DNA of 64,000 bases from the NCBI GenBank assembly GCA_005879605.1, contig VBKE01000001.1:53067-117066 (forward strand), in the 5' to 3' direction. Below the pieces are notes generated by a model. It was not told the origin of the DNA. It made no database searches and saw nothing but the letters and a program-made list of their open reading frames with translations. This DNA comes from Deltaproteobacteria bacterium (GTDB taxonomy: Bacteria > Desulfobacterota > Binatia > UBA9968). Positions 58,766-64,000 of this stretch are shown here, one piece after another. Numbering within the stretch: the first letter of the stretch is position 1; each line of letters opens with the position of its first letter. The position numbers and the translations under genes are program-made.

Positions 58766-60010
58766 TTATTCTCTGACAAAGAGCAACAACAGCATTCCCG
58801 CGACGTAGGTTGAGGCCGCGACATAGAAGGCCGACGTAAAGCCGTATTGATCCATCACGTAGCCGACGATCAAGGTCCAAACCGGCCCGGAAACGCAGCC
58901 CACGAAGTAATAAATCGAAAAGGCGGCGTCGGTTAACTCGTCCTTGGCAAAATCACTGATCATCGCTTGGGTCAGCGAGCTTCGGGCCTCAACCACGCTG
59001 CCGTAGAGAATGAGGTTCAGGTAAAGCAGCAGCCCTAGAGACGTTTGATGGGCAAGCCACACGCTCATGATGGCGGATAACAAGAGGGTGAATTGAGTTA
59101 TCAAAGCGCGCTTGTGGAAACGGTCCGAGAACCAGGCGATGGCGATGGGGCCGACCAAGCCGGCGCCCTGCAGCAGGGTCAAAAGCAATCCGCCCGCAGA
59201 CGCTGTGATGGCAAATCGTTCCATGAAGAAGGGCACGAGATAAGTGAGATTGATGCCGGTTCCACGCCCGGCAGCTCCCACCATTAAAACCAGCGATGTG
59301 AACAAAATATTGCGGTTTGTGAGACAAAGCCGGTAGGCGTTCAGGTTGGCTTTGAGATTGCCTTTGCGGCCGACTGAATCGTCGGGTGAAGCCTGATCGC
59401 GGAGCATGAACAGGGTCAGTCCCATAACCAGACTGGCGATTCCAAAAACCACAAATGCCGTTTTCCAGCTCATATAAAGGAGAGCCAGCGATGCCAGAGC
59501 GGGACCGATGAATGATCCGAAACTCCCTGCTGAATGATGGAACGTGAGCGCCCAGCCCCTGGCGTTCGGAAAATGGCGGGATAAGATGCTCGCGCCGAGC
59601 GGATGCTGCGGGCTCGAGCCGGCGTCGATCGCGACCCTTGCCGCCAATAGTTGAGGATAACTGCCGACGAAGAATTGCATCATAGTGGCAATCCCGACGA
59701 TCACGTTTCCGGTTCCAAGAACCGCGGTGCGCTTGAAGAAGCCGGTAAAAAATCCGTAGATGACTTGCAGCCCCTGTCCGACGAAGTTGGAGATAGCGGA
59801 GAGCGCTCCGAGCTGCAGCAATCCAAATCCCAGTTCCTTCATGACGACTGGAAAGATGACTGAAGTGATGCTGTACTGCAGATGGTTGAGCGTATGGCAG
59901 GCGCTGATGAGGCTGATGGCCATACGCTTTTGTTGCTCGGTCGCTTCGAGTGGCTGCGCGTCTATGGACGCGGCGGTGACAGCTGCGGCGGTGTTTTGCT
60001 GATCTTTCAC
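58766..60010 (-). CDS. MFS transporter (FsR-like)
   Basis: HTLNH, HPLGASIL, ARGWALTFH, SDRFHK; about 12 hydrophobic helices. Confidence 0.88.
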   Translation of the reverse strand: MKDQQNTAAAVTAASIDAQPLEATEQQKRMAISLISACHTLNHLQYSITSVIFPVVMKELGFGLLQLGALSAISNFVGQGLQVIYGFFTGFFKRTAVLGTGNVIVGIATMMQFFVGSYPQLLAARVAIDAGSSPQHPLGASILSRHFPNARGWALTFHHSAGSFGSFIGPALASLALLYMSWKTAFVVFGIASLVMGLTLFMLRDQASPDDSVGRKGNLKANLNAYRLCLTNRNILFTSLVLMVGAAGRGTGINLTYLVPFFMERFAITASAGGLLLTLLQGAGLVGPIAIAWFSDRFHKRALITQFTLLLSAIMSVWLAHQTSLGLLLYLNLILYGSVVEARSSLTQAMISDFAKDELTDAAFSIYYFVGCVSGPVWTLIVGYVMDQYGFTSAFYVAASTYVAGMLLLLFVRE

Positions 60011-60111
60011 GACGGTTCGGCCCTTGAGTTATGAAATATTAGTTAGAGTACCATCTTTTCTGTACAGGGAGCCGGAGCTCTCTGTCAATGGCGGCTCGCG
60101 CTGGCTCGCCG

Positions 60112-60197
60112 AGTTTGGGGTCTCGCATCTCGGGTCTTGAGTTCCGGGCTTCGACTTGACTCACAGCGCGAGACTCGAAACTCGGAACTCGAAACTA
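60112..60197. repeat. Heptamer-built inverted repeat
   Basis: (AGTTTGG)(GGTCTCG)(CATCTCG)(GGTCTTG)(AGTTCCG)... facing (CGCGAGA)(CTCGAAA)(CTCGGAA)(CTCGAAA); abuts the MFS stop. Confidence 0.7.
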
Positions 60198-61727
60198 TTT
60201 CGGCCGCGGCGTGTCGGCCGGAGTGTAATGGCCGAGAGAAAGGCTGACGACGAGGCCGATCAGCATCAATGCAAACGCCGTGGCGAACGCATACCAAATC
60301 GAATCGGCCAAGACCGCTGTCAATTTGGGCAACAGTTCCACCGGGATCTGGGCGCGGGTTGCCGGTTCAAGGAGATTCTGCGGATTCGCCAACTTATCGA
60401 GCAAGCCGGAAACGGCACCGCCGTCTTTCATCCGGCTCAAATTCTGCTGCATCTGATTGAGCAAGACCGTCCCAAGCAAACTGACCGAGAACGCTCCGCC
60501 GAAAGTACGAAAGAGCATGAGCGTCGAGGTCGCCACGCCGATTCGTTGGAACCAGACGCCATTCTGAGCGGCCACGAGGGTTGCGAGATTCGCGAAGCCC
60601 ATGCCTACGCCGATCAATATCGCGCTGATCAAGACCGAAGGAAGACTGACGTTGGATTTATGAATCACGAACAACCCATAACCGAGCGCCATCAGCACCA
60701 TTCCTGTCGTGCTCACGAACCGATAGCCGCGTCGATTGATGGCTTGACCCGCAAGGAGACTTCCGGCGGTCCAACCGAGGCTCAAAAGTAAGAGCACCAT
60801 GCCGGCCCGAGAGGCGGACAATCCAATGACGCCCTGGAGATAGAGCGGCAGATAAGTGACTGCGCCGAAGACGCCCATTGACGCGAGCGTGGCGACACAC
60901 GTGGAAGTTCTGAACAGGCTCAGGTGAAAAAGATCAAGCGGGATCATCGGCTCCTCGGCCCTGCGCTCGATAACTAGAAATACGAATAGAATGACCAAAG
61001 CGAGGGCCACGAGACCGATGGTTTCGGGATTCACCGGGCGCATGGACTGTGAGCTTTCGGCTAAAGCATAAAAAATTAAAAGTAGCCCGAGCAGCAATAC
61101 CACCGCGCCTTTGAGATCGAGACGGTGGGCATGACGGATGGCTTTTTCTTCCTTCAGACCGATCACGATCAGAGCCGAGGCGACCGCGGTTATGGGAAGG
61201 TTGACGAAAAACGCCCACCGCCAGCTCCAGTTCTCGACGATGATACCGCCGGCGAGCGGACCCAGGATGGAAGCGAGACCCCAAACACTGCTGATGAATC
61301 CCTGCATCCTTGCGCGTGTTTCGGGAGGAAAAAGAATTCCGACGAGGATGAACGACAGCGCATAGATGGCGCCGCCGCCGAGACCCTGAACGGCGCGGAA
61401 GAGAACCAACATCTCCATGCTTTGAGCGGCGCCGCACAACGTTGAGCCAAGCACGAAAATACCGATGCCGATAAGCATGAGGCGCCGGCGGCTGAAAAGA
61501 TCCGACAACTTGCCGAAGAGCGGAGTCGTCAGGGCCGAGGTCAGCATGTAGATCGAAAACACCCAGCTGTAGAGCTCCAGACCTCCCAATCTGGCGACGA
61601 TGGTCGGCATGGCCGTGCTGACGATGGTCGCGTCGATGGCAAAGAGAAAGATGACCAGCATGACGCCGGTGACGGCGAGATTTCTCTTTTGCGGCGTTTG
61701 ATGAGTCGATGGATCGGGAGGGTTCAC
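60195..61727 (-). CDS. MDR family (DHA2, 14-TM) MFS drug:H+ antiporter
   Basis: IDATIVSTAMPTIV, WVFSIYML, GKLSDLFSRR, RAVQGLGGG, SWRWAFFVNLP; start uncertain (GTG 61727). Confidence 0.9.
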   Translation of the reverse strand: MNPPDPSTHQTPQKRNLAVTGVMLVIFLFAIDATIVSTAMPTIVARLGGLELYSWVFSIYMLTSALTTPLFGKLSDLFSRRRLMLIGIGIFVLGSTLCGAAQSMEMLVLFRAVQGLGGGAIYALSFILVGILFPPETRARMQGFISSVWGLASILGPLAGGIIVENWSWRWAFFVNLPITAVASALIVIGLKEEKAIRHAHRLDLKGAVVLLLGLLLIFYALAESSQSMRPVNPETIGLVALALVILFVFLVIERRAEEPMIPLDLFHLSLFRTSTCVATLASMGVFGAVTYLPLYLQGVIGLSASRAGMVLLLLSLGWTAGSLLAGQAINRRGYRFVSTTGMVLMALGYGLFVIHKSNVSLPSVLISAILIGVGMGFANLATLVAAQNGVWFQRIGVATSTLMLFRTFGGAFSVSLLGTVLLNQMQQNLSRMKDGGAVSGLLDKLANPQNLLEPATRAQIPVELLPKLTAVLADSIWYAFATAFALMLIGLVVSLSLGHYTPADTPRPK

Positions 61728-61816
61728 GTTGCTAGGGACAATGTTGGGAATTCGCGCGCGGCGTATCTTAACCAGTTGAACTAGTTTGCCGAGAGAGTCA
61801 AGCAATGATGGCTACG

Positions 61817-62105
61817 GGTCGGGTAATACGCCGGCTATCTCAGCGACCACTTCTCATTTTCGAATTACATAAAGGCGAACGTAAGACGGTTGCCGCCCGG
61901 CAAATCGCTTCGATGTTTTGAGAATTCTCAAAACGTGAAAGTATCCAAAGATCTGTTCGTGCAGCGACGGAGCGGGACTTCGGGCTCCGCGCCGGAGCGG
62001 AATGTACTAGATCCGATCGATCCCGACACGGTTTAAACGGATTGACCTGTTTGAACTGCTTGAACATTGCCTTCTCTGGATTACCTTGAGGAACGTTACC
62101 CGACC
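61817..62105. mobile_element. Possible MITE with 10-bp terminal inverted repeats
   Basis: GGTCGGGTAA (61817-61826) and TTACCCGACC (62096-62105); internal perfect 20-bp palindrome at 61915-61934 and 9-mer TTGAAC-type repeats. Confidence 0.45.
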
Positions 62106-62288
62106 TGGCTAGACGAGGCGAGCGAAGTGAAGCACATCTGAATAACTCAGTAACTCATGCCTGACGCCACATCATTTGTGCGCCGATCTGTTTAATTCGG
62201 TGGTTTCCGCCGCTGGGTTTCGAGTTGTTATAAATTTTGGAATAAAAACGTCTAATAGCCGAGCTTTCAAACCAAGGAGGATGCCGTC

Positions 62289-62513
62289 ATGAAAGGCCTG
62301 GCTACGTTGTTGCTTTTGGGATGCTTAGGTCTGGGCGGATGCGAGTTCATGGCCGGAGCCGCCACCGGTGCTTTGGCGACGGGAGCTGGTTATGAGATTA
62401 ACGCCAAACGACAGATGGATCGGCTCGAAGATGATTACCGACGTGAGCGCATCAGCCGAAGAGAGTACGAACGGCGTAGAAGCCAGATAGAGAGAGGCTC
62501 AATTCTATATTGA
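62289..62513 (+). CDS. Small lipoprotein with a glycine-zipper-like segment and Arg/Glu-rich tail
   Basis: AAGGAGG RBS, LGGC lipobox, AGAATGALATGAG. Confidence 0.8.
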   Translation: MKGLATLLLLGCLGLGGCEFMAGAATGALATGAGYEINAKRQMDRLEDDYRRERISRREYERRRSQIERGSILY

Positions 62514-62808
62514 GTCACGGACCACTCACCATAATAGGTAATAGTCGGGTTACCCAGGCCTTGCATGAAACGTTGTCCCCACGAGATTGTATGACTGCAG
62601 CCAGATCTCACCCTCCTCTGCTTTCCGTCGAGCCATCACCCTATTCAAATCCCAGTCACAACGCCAAAAAAGGAATCGATCTCGGAATTTCCGCTAAGGC
62701 CGACAATCTCGCAAATGAGACACTGTCAGGATTCGATCGCTGATAGGAATCCTCCGTTGCGCTTTTAACCCTTCATCCGTCTAACGTCTCAGGAAGGAGT
62801 TATTGCGC

Positions 62809-63021
62809 ATGAAGGCAAAAAAGTTCCTGACGGTTTCTATGCTGGCCGTCTTAATGGGTTTGGTCGGGGGCTGCCACGAGCAGTCAGTCGATAGGTACCG
62901 CAGTGGCTACGGTAACGGTTCTTACCGTGATGGCTTTCGGGATGGTCGCGCCTACGAAAGACGCCGCGATGATTGGCGTGACAGCCGTTACCGCTACGAC
63001 GACTACAGGAACCGCTGGTAG
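62809..63021 (+). CDS. Small Arg/Asp/Tyr-rich lipoprotein
   Basis: AGGAAGGAG RBS, VGGC lipobox, YRDGFRDG motif. Confidence 0.75.
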   Translation: MKAKKFLTVSMLAVLMGLVGGCHEQSVDRYRSGYGNGSYRDGFRDGRAYERRRDDWRDSRYRYDDYRNRW

Positions 63022-63213
63022 GCTGGAACAGCGGCTGCAGGGGGTAGGCGTTATCCCTCAGGCTGCGAGACTATCCCTAAAGAGGAAAAATTAAACTCTT
63101 ACGGGCCGGTGAGATTAGTTGTGCCATTTGTGGTCGAGGGGAGGGAAGCCGGGATGAAGCTTGAAACCCGCGGTTGTTTTAGATACTGCTCGACTCCCGA
63201 CCTTTATTTTCCC

Positions 63214-63663
63214 TCAAGTCAGGTTTGCGATGATCTCCTCGTCGGTCGCCGTCAAGTCCACCGGCTTCCCAAAAGGTTGCGGCCAATCCACGCCCGTGTG
63301 CCAGTACACTTCTACCTGGTTGCCGTCCGGGTCTTGAAAATAGACGCCGACGGCGTTGCCGTGGCTGACCGTACGGATGATGGGTATGTTGTGCTCCAAG
63401 AAGAGCCGGTAAAACTCTTTGACATCGGCGAGACTGGCGCAACGAAAGGAAATTTGCTGGACGACTTTGCCGTCCTCCCGGCCCGGCACCAGCAGCAACT
63501 CGTGGTGTTCTTCCAGCCGGCCCTTGGCCGTCATGAAGGTGCTGCCCGTCTTGGGATTCTCGTCGCTAATCTTCAGGCCAAGAATATCCCGATAAAATGC
63601 CTTCGAACGCTCGATGTCGCGCACGTAAAGACCCACATGACCCAATGACATCACTTTCGGCAT
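63214..63663 (-). CDS. VOC family protein (catechol 2,3-dioxygenase-like fold)
   Basis: SLGHVGLYVRDIERSKAFYRDILG, EHHELLL, SHGNAVGVYFQDPDGNQVEVYW; AGGAGG RBS. Confidence 0.9.
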   Translation of the reverse strand: MPKVMSLGHVGLYVRDIERSKAFYRDILGLKISDENPKTGSTFMTAKGRLEEHHELLLVPGREDGKVVQQISFRCASLADVKEFYRLFLEHNIPIIRTVSHGNAVGVYFQDPDGNQVEVYWHTGVDWPQPFGKPVDLTATDEEIIANLT

Positions 63664-63829
63664 AGATCCTCCTTTCAGAATGACCGGCCCCGACTCGTCA
63701 CTTGTCAATTGCAGTACAGTACCGGCAGTAGTTCAATTTCGCGAAAATTTGTCGGGCGCCCGAAAGTGGATCTTGGTGTGTCCAGATGAATTGTTGTCGC
63801 CAACTCTCGGTACCCCAACCGGCTGATCC

Positions 63830-63859
63830 AAAAAAAGAGGCGCCGTTCGGCGCCTCTTT
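63830..63859 (-). terminator. Rho-independent terminator of the peroxiredoxin gene
   Basis: AAAGAGGCGCC-gttc-GGCGCCTCTTT stem with a T-run on the minus strand. Confidence 0.8.
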
Positions 63860-63880
63860 GAAGTCACTCAAAAAATGGTC

Positions 63881-64000
63881 CTACTTCGGCTGAGACACGA
63901 GCCGGAGATACGGTTTCAGTGTTTTCCAGCCGCTTGGGTATTTCTTTTTTGCTTCTTCATCCGAAACCGAAGTAACGATGATGACGTCATCACCCTGCTT
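63881..64000 (-). CDS. 1-Cys peroxiredoxin (Prx6), 3' end only; truncated by the window edge
   Basis: KQGDDVIIVTSVSDEEAKKKYPSGWKTLKPYLRLVSQPK* matches the Prx6 C-terminal domain. Confidence 0.85.
   Translation of the reverse strand, partial: KQGDDVIIVTSVSDEEAKKKYPSGWKTLKPYLRLVSQPK

Noticed and set aside
60112-60197. Heptamer arrays as a CRISPR array
   Set aside because: Units are 7 bp with no unique spacers, and there are no cas genes
62510-62743. 77-aa TTG ORF between the two small lipoproteins
   Set aside because: No motif, RBS or compositional support

Overview
Bacterial chromosomal window, moderately GC-rich. Gene content (orphan solute-binding proteins, DxDxH amidohydrolases, Tat-type Mo-hydroxylases, heptamer intergenic repeats) suggests a Candidatus Binatia-like deltaproteobacterium; this is an inference. 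No rRNA, tRNA, CRISPR array or transposase gene was seen. Left to right: hsp20-lon, uup, orphan SBPs and lipoproteins, an MFS, a sorbosone dehydrogenase and a probably sigma54-driven HtrA. Next are catabolic blocks: LLM oxidoreductase-hydantoinase A/B-SDR-RidA, then paired amidohydrolases, a NahE-like aldolase, a Cys-less racemase homolog and PrpD. These are followed by modABC, a MetE-like enzyme, a VapBC-type TA pair and two tandem Tat-exported IorAB-like Mo-hydroxylases. The most interesting part is a ~10.8 kb envelope-remodelling island (46924-57729). It holds a NarX/NarL-type two-component system, two ArnT-like GT39 enzymes, a fatty acid desaturase, two DedA-superfamily proteins, a lone LptG, TatA and an unannotated 34-aa membrane peptide. 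Its two operons are headed by a duplicated 106-bp promoter cassette carrying NarL-type TAGCCCT heptamers. The window also has four disrupted genes and several MITE/REP-like elements, including a 268-bp IS1380-like MITE with a CTAG target duplication.
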